DNA of 62,443 nt, counting the filler. It is 5 parts of 5 records of this genome, joined end to end, with 100 filler letters (N's around TTAATTAATTAA, not from the genome) between each part and the next. Parts side by side here need not be neighbours in the genome. Positions count along the whole stretch, not along the records: positions 1 to 31,493 come from SRR16203515_2452; 4 more parts are not named here. One strand, 5' to 3'. Positions 1 to 9,525 of the stretch are shown here, in pieces; the stretch's first letter is position 1, and every line of letters begins with the position of its first letter. Below the pieces are notes generated by a model. The model was not told the DNA's origin, did no database searches, and worked only from the letters and a program-made list of their open reading frames with translations. The position numbers and the translations under genes were made by a program.

Positions 1-564
1 AATATCCAAGTTATTGGTTGGCTCATCAAGCAATAAAATATCAGGATTAGCAAATAACGCTTGTGCTAACAGCACACGAACTTTCCAACCCGGTGCAACT
101 TGTTGCATGAGGCCAAAGTGATATTCTTCTTCGATACCGGCTTCAATTAATATATCACCAGCACGACTTTCAGCGCTGTAACCGTCTATTTCTGCAAAGT
201 CACTTTCCAGTTGCGCAACACGCATACCTTCTTCTTCAGACATCTCTGGTAAGGCGTAAATACGATCGCGCTCTTCTTTAATTTTCCACAGCTCGGTGTC
301 ACCCATGATAACGGTATCAACAACGCTGTATTGCTCAAAGGCAAACTGGTCTTGGCTAAGCACACCAACCTTATTGCCAGGTGTAAGGGAGACGTTGCCA
401 GACGTTGGTACAAGATCGCCACTAAGGATCTTCATGAACGTTGATTTACCACAGCCATTTGCGCCAATGAGACCATAGCGGTTGCCGTGTCCAAATTGTG
501 CTGAAATGTTTTCGAACAATGGCTCGGCGCCAAACTGCATGGTGATATTTGCTGAAGTAATCAA
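1..564 (-). CDS. ybiT: ABC-F family ATPase (YbiT-like), N-terminal part; runs off the window start
   Basis: Missing from the ORF track. Manual translation from TTG at 564: [21 protein letters not shown]...[17 protein letters not shown] (Walker A)...[30 protein letters not shown] (Walker B); frame open to position 1. Confidence 0.9.
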   Translation of the reverse strand, partial: MITSANITMQFGAEPLFENISAQFGHGNRYGLIGANGCGKSTFMKILSGDLVPTSGNVSLTPGNKVGVLSQDQFAFEQYSVVDTVIMGDTELWKIKEERDRIYALPEMSEEEGMRVAQLESDFAEIDGYSAESRAGDILIEAGIEEEYHFGLMQQVAPGWKVRVLLAQALFANPDILLLDEPTNNLDI

Positions 565-786
565 AGTGAAATTCCTAGATGTTTGTGGCAAACGATCGCA
601 GGCGTTTGCACCATCAAATTAAGTGGCTAATTAAGGAGCGGCACTATAGATAGATTAGTGTGATAAGTCGAGCGATCTTGGCGATTATTTAGCTATTTTG
701 AGAGCTAACTGTTTTCAGGTGCTTGAAAGGAATAATTTACTTATATAAACACCGATATTGTGATGGTTTTAAATGTTCGTCGTCAT

Positions 787-819
787 GTAACCTAAACTTA
801 ACTTTCGTCCCAGTAAGCT
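787..819 (+). promoter_or_regulatory. Putative OmpR-family binding direct repeat plus -10 element
   Basis: GTAAC (787-791) and TTAAC (798-802), 11-bp period, then TAAGCT at 814-819; same layout recurs at 1209 and 7725. Confidence 0.5.
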
Positions 820-859
820 TTGTCATTATGTTAGATAAACGCGTTGTTTATCTCTGAAA

Positions 860-1189
860 TTGATGGAGTCGCTCATGGAACCGTTAAAAAATCTCGATAC
901 AGATGATAAACATCAAACTGCGGCATTGAACGGCGTTTTTACGGTAATTATTATCGTCAGTTATGCCCTCGTATGCTTGGTCGCCATATACGGTATCGAT
1001 GGATTAATCTCTTATGCATCGACATTGGCGCAATCAGCGGCACAGATTCAAGAGGCAATACGATTCTTTGCTGACATAGTTATTGATTTGTCGTTGCTCA
1101 TTACTCTTGGCTGCATAGTGATCACAATGATAACGATGCTAGTTGTGTATGGTGCAGGTCAAATTCTTAACGGTTTTTGTGATGTATAA
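860..1189 (+). CDS. Small hypothetical membrane protein, two predicted TM helices (start may be ATG 863 or 875)
   Basis: 109-aa ORF with two long hydrophobic stretches; no family recognised. Confidence 0.65.
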   Translation: MMESLMEPLKNLDTDDKHQTAALNGVFTVIIIVSYALVCLVAIYGIDGLISYASTLAQSAAQIQEAIRFFADIVIDLSLLITLGCIVITMITMLVVYGAGQILNGFCDV

Positions 1190-1208
1190 CCTGCTGCATT
1201 CACCTCGT

Positions 1209-1241
1209 GTAACCGTGAACTAACCACATCTTGTTTAAGCT
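1209..1241 (+). promoter_or_regulatory. Putative OmpR-family binding direct repeat plus -10 element, upstream of the RND operon
   Basis: GTAAC (1209-1213) and CTAAC (1220-1224), then TAAGCT at 1236-1241; spacing identical to the 787 site. Confidence 0.55.
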
Positions 1242-1291
1242 ATCTCAGGTGAAATTATTCACCAGTTTCTAATGTATGACAGGATTGAGAT

Positions 1292-2482
1292 ATGCCTTTA
1301 GCCCACGTTCGTTTCTTATCGCGCCGCCAACTGCAGTTGGCGGTCATTTCCATTGGAATTATTGTCGCTGCTATTTTTTACAACAGTGCGGCAATTGCTA
1401 ATCGTCCTGATGTGAAATCACAGCCTGTTATTAGTGCATTAACAAAGGTGTCTGTACTTGACGTCAAACCCTCATTTCATTCTATTGTACTGAGCGGGAA
1501 CGCACAGGCTGTGCCTAAATATCAGCTATCACTCACCGCACAGGTGAGTGGGCAGGTGAAGCGTTTGCACGACAATTTCAAAACAGGGCAGCGTTTTAAG
1601 CGTGATGAAGCTATTGCGTGGGTAGATCCTACAACGTATCAGCAAAACCTTGCGGGGGCTTTACAAGCAATTGAACAAGCTAAAGTGAGCGTTTTAGAAG
1701 AGCAACGTCAATTGAAAATCGTTGAACGAGATCGTGGCCGCGCAGCAACAAGTCATGTTGGATCGGCGCTAATTTATCGTACACCGCAATTAAAGGCTGC
1801 TAGAGCGGGCCTTGAAAATGCTCAGCGTCAGTTGAAAATAGCCGAGCGAGATTTAGCGAATACGCATATCAAAGTGCCTTTTGATGCCTTGGTGGTTACT
1901 CGCGATATTGCGCCTGGGCAATTTGTGCAGCAGGGGCAAACTATGGCAACGATTTATGATGCCAATACCATGGAATTTAAAGTCTTTTTACCACTCCGTC
2001 AGTGGACATTGTTAAATGAACAACTGACACACAATGTCGATATCTCAGTCAATATTACGAGCCTACAAGGCGCTCATTGGCAAGGGAAGGTTGACCGTGT
2101 CGAACAACACATTGATGTCACTAATCAACAACGTGCTGTGGTGATCCATGTTGATAAGCCCCTTAATCAGCAGCCGCAACTATTGGCTGGAACCTATGCC
2201 AATGTCTCACTCACTTTAGATGCTACCCAGCCACTACTAGCCGTGCCTGCAAAAAGCGTGAGCGCCGACGGACAATTATGGTATGTCAATAATAAGCAAC
2301 AGCTTATGACCATGAGTGCTGACATTATTTTTCAAAAAAACGGCCTTGTTTATGTTAAACCGCCGCGAATCATCGATGGGCAAAAAAATGGTGAAACGAT
2401 GGCACATTATAGAGTGGTAGCGACGCCGTTACCCAGTTACGTAGTTAAACAAGCGGTAGATGCCGTAAATTTACAAAGTTAG
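1292..2482 (+). CDS. RND efflux periplasmic adaptor (membrane fusion protein)
   Basis: N-terminal anchor; lipoyl halves LTAQVSGQV and IKVPFDALV...PGQFV flank a coiled-coil hairpin; directly upstream of an RND permease. Confidence 0.92.
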   Translation: MPLAHVRFLSRRQLQLAVISIGIIVAAIFYNSAAIANRPDVKSQPVISALTKVSVLDVKPSFHSIVLSGNAQAVPKYQLSLTAQVSGQVKRLHDNFKTGQRFKRDEAIAWVDPTTYQQNLAGALQAIEQAKVSVLEEQRQLKIVERDRGRAATSHVGSALIYRTPQLKAARAGLENAQRQLKIAERDLANTHIKVPFDALVVTRDIAPGQFVQQGQTMATIYDANTMEFKVFLPLRQWTLLNEQLTHNVDISVNITSLQGAHWQGKVDRVEQHIDVTNQQRAVVIHVDKPLNQQPQLLAGTYANVSLTLDATQPLLAVPAKSVSADGQLWYVNNKQQLMTMSADIIFQKNGLVYVKPPRIIDGQKNGETMAHYRVVATPLPSYVVKQAVDAVNLQS

Positions 2483-2499
2483 TTTGACGGAGTATTACG

Positions 2500-5400
2500 A
2501 TGAATAATGAATCATTAAACGCGTCAAAAAGAGATACGTTAAGTGGTCCTATTGCATGGTTTATGCAAAACCCCGTGGCGGCAAACTTACTAATGGTATC
2601 AATTTTAGTTATTGGATTTTTCTCATTGCAGGGATTGAAGATACAAGGATTCCCGAGTGTAGAAGCTAATACCGTTATGATTGATGTGAGTTACAACAGT
2701 GGAAGTGCTCAGCAATCAGAAGAAGGCATTGCCATTAAAATAGAACAAGCATTGCAAGGCATAAGCGGTATTAAAGAAATTCGCTCTACGAGTACTTTGC
2801 AAGGGGCAAACATTGTCGTTGAAAAACAAGATGATTATGATTTATCGCAATTAAACAAAGAGATTAAAAATAAAGTCGATGGTATTTACGGTTTACCAAT
2901 TACCGCAGAAAAACCAATTATTACCCAACAAAAAATGGAAGAGCATGCCCTTTGGATAAATCTGTATGGAGGTGATAATCAGCATGAGTTGCAAAAGGTT
3001 GCACGTCAATTTGAAGAAGGACTATTACGATTACCTGCGATTAGTAAAGTTGAGAAAACAGGGTGGAAAACACCTGAAATTTCGATTGAGGTGAACGAGT
3101 TACAACTTCAAGCTTTGGATTTGAGCATTGCAGATATTGTTAATGCAGTAGCGGCAGAGTCGTTAAGTGAGAATGGCGGTCAGCTGCGATCACGTGACGG
3201 CGTCATTTTATTAAAAGCCGATAAACAGGGCTACATTGAACGCGACTTTGCCAATATCACGGTTAAAACTCTCACTAATGGCAGCCATATCAAATTAGCC
3301 GATATCACGACTATCAAAGATGTGTTTGAAGAATACCCTAAGGTGCTGTCGCGTTTTGATGGTCAGCCTGCGATTAATTTTAAAGTTATTGTGAACCAAG
3401 GCGCTGATATTTTAGCGATTGCAAAAGATGCTAAAAGGTTAGCACAGCAATGGAACACAGGCGGAAAATTACCGCAAAACATGCATATATCTACCATGTG
3501 GGATCGCAGTAGTTTTATGCAAGACAGACTGTGGCTACTGGCAAAAAATGGCATGGTTGGTATTGGGTTAGTGATGCTGGTATTAGCTATTTTCTTGAAT
3601 CTTAAAGTTGCATTTTGGGTTGGTATGGGGCTTCCAGTTTGCTTCGCTGGGGCTTTTATATTGATGGGAGATGGCATACTGGCACTCACGCTCAATGAGC
3701 TAACGACATTTGGTTTTATCATTGTCTTGGGGATTATAGTAGATGATGCGGTTGTGGTGGGGGAGAGTATTTATAGTCATCGCCAGCGCTATGGCAATAA
3801 CTTGCATGCGTCGGCACGAGGTGTCAAAAACATTGCTGCACCGACGATGTTTGGGCTGTTAACAACGGTGGCCGCTTTCTATCCAATGTCATTTATTGAA
3901 GGTATGTTGGGGAAAGTATTTAGTATGTTTGCGCTGGTGGCCGTGGCGTGTTTGATTTTTTCATTAATAGAGTCAAAGTTAATTTTACCTGCTCATTTAG
4001 CGCACGTAGATACAACGCCAAGCCGCCAGCCTAACTGGTTACTCAGGGGAATTGGTTGGATTCAACGAGGCGCTGATCACATGATTACACTTTTTAATGT
4101 TCGGTGGTATCAGCCAACCATTAAAGTGATCCTAGCGTATCGTTATGTTGCGATAAGCGGATTCATTACTATTTTCATCTTAATCGTTGGCATGATTCCA
4201 TCAGGGAAAGTAGGCTTTGTCTTTTTTCCGAATATTGCTCGTGAAGTGGTCGAAGTTCGCTATTCAACAGAAATGGGCGTGGGATATCATGTTTCTCACG
4301 CGATGGCTAAACGAGTTGAGAACACAGTGAATCACGTTAATCAGCAGTGGATTGATGAGGGAATTAGCGAGATACCGGTGATAGATAATGTCTTAACTCA
4401 AGTATTAAATGAAACTGATGGCTATTTAGCATTGGAACTTAACGGTGATAAATCTCGCACGGTGACCGCAGAACAAGTGGGTATAAAACTGCGTGAATTA
4501 TTGCCAAAATCTGAGGGAATCAGGCACCTCAAAATCATTAGTGCCGAAGAAAACATTGACGGATTTAATTTAAAAATTTTAGCCGATACTCGAGAAGAGA
4601 TTACAGTATTGAGTGATAGCGTTATCGAATTTATGAGTAATGTCGGCGGTGTGAGTGATATTCAGAGTGACTTACTCAAAGGCCAGCCACAACTTGAGTT
4701 TGAATTGACACCTGCGGGTCGTTCATTAGGATTAACCACCGCTAGTTTAGCTCAGTAAGTGAGACAAGCATTTTTTGGCGCTGAGGTGCAGCGTGTACAA
4801 CGCGGTAAAGACCAAGTGAAGGTATTTGTACGATATGATGCTTCGGTGCGTCAAGACACGACTGATCTCGAGTCGGCTCGTATTCGTACGCCAAGCGGTG
4901 CTATCGTGCCTTTGTCATTAGTTGCTACGCAAAAGCGTGTTTATACTATTAAAGATATTAAACATGTCAATACACGGCAGGCGGTGACCATTACAGCTAA
5001 TTTAGATAAAACGGTTATTACGCCGGATCGCTTATTGAGCGCAGTGAATGAAAAATTACTTGACGGTTTGTTAGATAAATACCCAAATGCGCAAGTGTTG
5101 GTTGCTGGTGAATCGGCTGAACAAGAGAAGTCGATTAACTCAATGCTTAAGATTTTTGCACTGTCATTATTCTTAATTTATGCCTTGGTAGCGATCCCTC
5201 TAAAGTCTTATATGCAGCCACTCATTATAATGTCGGCGATCCCGTTTGGTATCTTAGGGGCGATACTTGGTCACTGGATCATTGATTTACCGATCAGCAT
5301 ATTGTCTATACTCGGTATACTGGCGTTGAGCGGTGTTGTTGTGAATAATAGTTTATTGTTAGTTGATCGATTCAATAAACTGATAAATGAAGGACAAGCA

Positions 5401-5691
5401 TTAATCACCGCTATTATTGGTGCTTGCAGTGATAGGCTTCGAGCTATTTTGCTAACGTCCTTAACAACGTATGCTGGGCTTGCTTCTTTGTTACAAGAAA
5501 CCTCTGAACAGGCAGCTTACTTGATTCCCGCGGCAGCTTCTTTGGCGTATGGTATTTTGTTTTCTACAATCATTACATTGATATTAGTACCAGTATTATT
5601 AGTCATATTTGATGATGTGAAACAGCTTAAACATCGGCTATTTAACGCAGATGCAGACAAACACTTAAATGATGTGCAGGAGATTAGTTAA
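2500..5691 (+). pseudogene. AcrB/AcrD/AcrF-family RND permease interrupted by one in-frame TAA at 4756-4758
   Basis: ORFs 2500-4758 and 4759-5691 abut in the same frame (...ASLAQ*VRQAFFG...) and together make about 1060 codons; motifs NPVAANLLM, GIIVDDAVVVGE, GVVVNNSLLLV, RLRAILLTSLTT. Confidence 0.88.
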
Positions 5692-6371
5692 TGAGTTTAC
5701 AGCTATTACTGATTGAAGATGATATTGACTTAGCTAATGGCATCATCGAATTTTTGGAATTAGAAGACATTGAGTGTGATTATACGAGTGATGGCGTAAC
5801 GGGGGAGAATTTAGCTTTAGTAAACTGCTATGACATTATCGTTCTTGATCTCAATTTACCAATGCGCAGCGGGCTTGATGTTTGTCAAAATCTTCGACAA
5901 GCAGGTAACGATACCCCCGTTTTAATGTTAACGGCGCAAGATACGGTTACTGATAAGGTTAAAGGCTTTGATTGTGGAACCGATGATTACTTAGTAAAGC
6001 CTTTTGATATTCAAGAGTTATTTGTGCGCGTAAAAGCCTTGTCTAAACGTCGAAGTACGCAGAGTAAAAAGCTGGTTATTGATGATTTTTGTATGGATCT
6101 CAATTTAAAAAGTGCGACGCGTGCTAATACCCGTATTGAGTTAGGCAGTATTGGTTGGAAAATTGTAGAAACATTACTACGTGCGAGCCCGAATCCCGTA
6201 AGTCGTGAGACATTAGAGCAAACGATATGGAAAGATGACTTTCCTGACAAAAGTGCGTTAAAGGTGCATATTTTTAGATTGCGCTCTAAGATTGATAAAC
6301 CATTTGCTCGTCCTTTAATTCATACTGTTGCTAATCAAGGCTTTGCAATAAGGGTTGGCGATGAAAACTAA
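5691..6371 (+). CDS. OmpR/PhoB-family response regulator
   Basis: LLIEDD, DIIVLDLNLP, LMLTA, DDYLVKPF receiver motifs; winged-helix LKVHIFRLRSKI; TAATG overlap with the RND stop. Confidence 0.95.
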   Translation: MSLQLLLIEDDIDLANGIIEFLELEDIECDYTSDGVTGENLALVNCYDIIVLDLNLPMRSGLDVCQNLRQAGNDTPVLMLTAQDTVTDKVKGFDCGTDDYLVKPFDIQELFVRVKALSKRRSTQSKKLVIDDFCMDLNLKSATRANTRIELGSIGWKIVETLLRASPNPVSRETLEQTIWKDDFPDKSALKVHIFRLRSKIDKPFARPLIHTVANQGFAIRVGDEN

Positions 6372-7728
6372 AAAGAGTCTTAATAAACGTATATTAATTT
6401 ACATTGGTGCAAGTAGTGTTATTTTTGTATTACTTTACGGCTTTATTATTGCTAATTATTTTATTTTTGGCGTTAAGCTCAATAATAAAATTATTTTATC
6501 CAACGAGGCTCGATCTTATGCAAATGCTTATCGCCTCGATGAAAATACTCCTAAACCTGAACGGCCATTCTTAAAGAGCTATCTAGCCGAAGAAAATATT
6601 CCTAAAGAACTATTAACTATTTTTCCTTTGGCTGAGCGAAAACATGCAGAAATGCGTATTTATGATGTCGATTTTTTTGGTCATACGGGACCATATGAAG
6701 CTGAAGTCAAGCGACTTGCCTATTATTGTGACGGCATACGATGCGAAGTCTTTCTTTTTTACAGCTATCGGCTAGATGACGAACAGTGGCTGTATTTAAC
6801 CATGGGCATAGCCCCAGAAGAGCTTGAAGAGGGACATAAGAAAGAGTTTGATGCGGCTTTTTATATCTTACTCTCTATATCTGTCGCTTTTTTTATTACT
6901 GTGATGCTGTTGACATTGGCACTGGTTCGCAATATTAGTCAGCCGATTACGGCATTGGCCCAGTGGGCTCAAGGCCTTAATAGCGATAACGTAAACGATG
7001 ATTTACCTAATTTACGCTTTACTGAGCTTGAGATCGTGGCAAACCAATTGCAGAGTGCTTTTTTACGCATTAGCCATGTGCTAGAGAATGAAAAACGTTT
7101 TTTAAATAACGCGAGTCATGAGCTTCGTACCCCGGTTGCCGTATTAGCGACGAACTTAGCACTACTTGAAAAACTACGTCGCCAAAACAAAGACGACGAG
7201 ACACAAAATAAAGTGATTGAGCGTTTAACGCGTGCCGTTGAAAATATGAAGCAATTAATTCAAACCATTTTGTGGTTGAGCAAAGATACTCAGGACTTTC
7301 CTACTCCAGAATCTCTTATGCTTGATGAATTAATAACAAAGGTAGTAGAAGATAATCGTTATATTATTGCCCCTAAATCTATCAATATTGTCACGCGGTT
7401 ATCACGTATTACTATCGATGCTCCATCGGCGTTGTGCACAATCATATTAACTAACTTGATCCGTAATGCATTCCAATATACACATCAAGGTGAAATTACA
7501 ATTACTGTAACTGACGGTTGTATTAGCGTATCGAATCGATGCAATCAAGAAACACACCAGGTGTTGGAAATCGAAGAATATGGCTTTGGATTGGGACTTG
7601 AGTTAGTCAAACGGGCTTGTGCCAAATTGGCATGGACATTTTTTTCTCAAGATATTGTCGGGGGACGCAATGTCACACTGTATTTCTCCGGTGATCTAAA
7701 AAACATTGCATTAGAGAAAGAGAACTAA
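6361..7728 (+). CDS. Sensor histidine kinase (two TM, HAMP, HisKA, HATPase)
   Basis: H-box ASHELRTP, N-box NLIRNAFQY, G2 GFGLGL; ATG 6361 overlaps the regulator end. Confidence 0.92.
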   Translation: MKTKKSLNKRILIYIGASSVIFVLLYGFIIANYFIFGVKLNNKIILSNEARSYANAYRLDENTPKPERPFLKSYLAEENIPKELLTIFPLAERKHAEMRIYDVDFFGHTGPYEAEVKRLAYYCDGIRCEVFLFYSYRLDDEQWLYLTMGIAPEELEEGHKKEFDAAFYILLSISVAFFITVMLLTLALVRNISQPITALAQWAQGLNSDNVNDDLPNLRFTELEIVANQLQSAFLRISHVLENEKRFLNNASHELRTPVAVLATNLALLEKLRRQNKDDETQNKVIERLTRAVENMKQLIQTILWLSKDTQDFPTPESLMLDELITKVVEDNRYIIAPKSINIVTRLSRITIDAPSALCTIILTNLIRNAFQYTHQGEITITVTDGCISVSNRCNQETHQVLEIEEYGFGLGLELVKRACAKLAWTFFSQDIVGGRNVTLYFSGDLKNIALEKEN

Positions 7729-7740
7729 CCGAGATGTAAC
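7725..7740 (+). promoter_or_regulatory. Third copy of the NTAAC-N6-NTAAC direct repeat, upstream of the MlaA-like gene
   Basis: CTAAC (7725-7729) and GTAAC (7736-7740), 11-bp period. Confidence 0.45.
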
Positions 7741-7784
7741 TGCGGTTATGGAAAAATTTATCATCGATAAACAAATAGAGATTA

Positions 7785-8639
7785 ATGATGAATTATAGAA
7801 ACTTAGCCGTGATCCCTGTGGTGTTTGCAATGCTTGTCGGTTGCTCAACTATGCCAGAGTCAATGCTGGAAGAAAATACAGATAAGGCGAATCAGCCGTT
7901 AGTTGAAGATAACTCGATGTTGGATAGTTATAACGAAGGCATGCACAGTTTTAACGAAGCGGCGCGTGAATGGGTATTTTCACCGATAGGCACCGCTATC
8001 GACTTTGTGCTACCAGATATCGTGGAAGAATCTATTGGTTCGATGTTAGAAAATTTAACGATACCTAACACGGCAATCAATAATGCATTACAAGCTAAGT
8101 TCACTCAGGCGGGGCAGGATTTAGGCCGATTTACGATTAACTCGACCATTGGTTTGTTAGGGATTATTGACTTTGCATCAATGATGGATATTCCTAAAAA
8201 CGAAGAAGATCTGGGGCAAACTCTTGCTGTTTACGGTGTTGGCTCAGGGCCTTATGTCGTTATGCCTATTTTAGGCGGTATGACGCCGCGCGATATGGCT
8301 GGTTTCGCATTATCGTTTGATCCGGTGAATATGACCAATGACGAAATTAAGGACATCGTTGATAATGTTGGATTTAGTCAGATGTTTACGGACGCCAGTA
8401 ACAGTGAGCCAATGACGCTATCGCAACAAGAGCATTTCTTTAATGCGTTTAGACAATGCAGCATTTTTGATGGTGGAGAAGAAGCCAAAGAAAGCTGTGA
8501 TTTAGTGTGTGGTCAAATGAGCGAAATGATGCAAGCAGATCTAGATAAAGTTGATGATATCGAAGAGCAGCGAGAAATGATTGAAATGGCAGGTAACTTT
8601 TTACCCAGTTACTGCAATGTTGAATTTAAAACGCACTAA
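7785..8639 (+). CDS. MlaA/VacJ-family lipoprotein with an atypical C-terminus
   Basis: Lipobox LVGC; YNEGMHSFN, RFTINSTIGLLGIID, EDLGQTLAVYGVGSGPYVVMPILG are VacJ signatures. Confidence 0.85.
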   Translation: MMNYRNLAVIPVVFAMLVGCSTMPESMLEENTDKANQPLVEDNSMLDSYNEGMHSFNEAAREWVFSPIGTAIDFVLPDIVEESIGSMLENLTIPNTAINNALQAKFTQAGQDLGRFTINSTIGLLGIIDFASMMDIPKNEEDLGQTLAVYGVGSGPYVVMPILGGMTPRDMAGFALSFDPVNMTNDEIKDIVDNVGFSQMFTDASNSEPMTLSQQEHFFNAFRQCSIFDGGEEAKESCDLVCGQMSEMMQADLDKVDDIEEQREMIEMAGNFLPSYCNVEFKTH

Positions 8640-8657
8640 CTATCTTCAAGTGTAAAG

Positions 8658-8687
8658 CGTCCGTTATCAATCAAGAGATAACGGACG
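8658..8687. terminator. Hairpin between convergent genes
   Basis: CGTCCGTTATC-N8-GATAACGGACG, perfect 11-bp stem. Confidence 0.6.
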
Positions 8688-8698
8688 TTGACAGGTTA

Positions 8699-9331
8699 TT
8701 AGCTATAAAAGCGTTCAATCCAACTTTGGAACAGGCTTGCGGCGATGATCCACATGATGGCTGCAATAGTGAAATCGATTCCTTGCTTAACCTTTGGACG
8801 CGCTAGTATGTGAGCGAGCTTAGCGGCGCCAGAGGCTAATGTGAAAAACCATACTAAAGACGCAGCCATTGCTCCTGCCATAAAGTAGTATTTATTTAAC
8901 CCCTCAAATTGACCGCCAACACTGCCAATCACCATAACGGTGTCGATATAAGCATGTGGATTTAAGAACGTCACGACTAAGCTTGTTAAAACGACGACTT
9001 TAATTGATTTATGTGCCGTGCTTTTGCTGTCTTTTTTACTGGTTTGCTCAGAAAACGCTGCTTGATATGAACTAGCACCATAACCAATCAAGAATAGAAT
9101 TCCGCCCCATGTTAATAATGTAAACATGATATCGCTGCTGTTTAAAATTAAGCTGCCACCCATAATGCCTACTGAAATTAGCAAGATGTCATAGAATGCG
9201 CAAAGTGCAGCTGCCAACAAATGATGATTACGGTTAATACCTTGGTTTAGGATCATGGCGTTTTGTGCACCAATTGGAACTATCATGCTTAGTCCTAGGG
9301 TAAATCCTTTCATGACGACTAAATAACTCAT
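8699..9331 (-). CDS. argO: ArgO/LysE amino-acid exporter
   Basis: GLSMIVPIGAQNA and TFLNPHAYIDT motifs; ATG 9331 follows a GAGGAG RBS; divergent from an ArgP-like regulator. Confidence 0.9.
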   Translation of the reverse strand: MSYLVVMKGFTLGLSMIVPIGAQNAMILNQGINRNHHLLAAALCAFYDILLISVGIMGGSLILNSSDIMFTLLTWGGILFLIGYGASSYQAAFSEQTSKKDSKSTAHKSIKVVVLTSLVVTFLNPHAYIDTVMVIGSVGGQFEGLNKYYFMAGAMAASLVWFFTLASGAAKLAHILARPKVKQGIDFTIAAIMWIIAASLFQSWIERFYS

Positions 9332-9359
9332 TATGTTGCTCCTCAATATTGAGCGGGTA

Positions 9360-9404
9360 TATACCCAAGCTCTGAAACATGCATCTTCAAGTGGCTTGGG
9401 TATA
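9360..9404. repeat. 45-bp palindromic ERIC-like intergenic element
   Basis: TATACCCAAGC...GCTTGGGTATA, perfect 11-bp terminal inverted repeats with TA ends, resembling ERIC termini (TATACCC...GGGTATA). Confidence 0.55.
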
Positions 9405-9479
9405 AGTTGGGTTAACTAAAATATGTGGCTATTCTGCGCGCAAATATTGATTTAATAAAATTAATAAATTTGATATATC

Positions 9480-9494
9480 ATTAATTTTACTTAT
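9480..9494. promoter_or_regulatory. Probable LysR-type (ArgP) operator
   Basis: ATTAATTTTACTTAT fits the LysR T-N11-A pattern in the argO/argP divergent promoter. Confidence 0.4.
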
Positions 9495-9525
9495 GATTGG
9501 GTGAGTTGGTTATTAATGAGTATAC

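Noticed and set aside
7440-7620. Missing G1 box (DxG) in the histidine kinase as a sign of inactivation
   Set aside because: H, N and G2 boxes are intact; shortened ATP lids occur in this kinase group, so the evidence is insufficient
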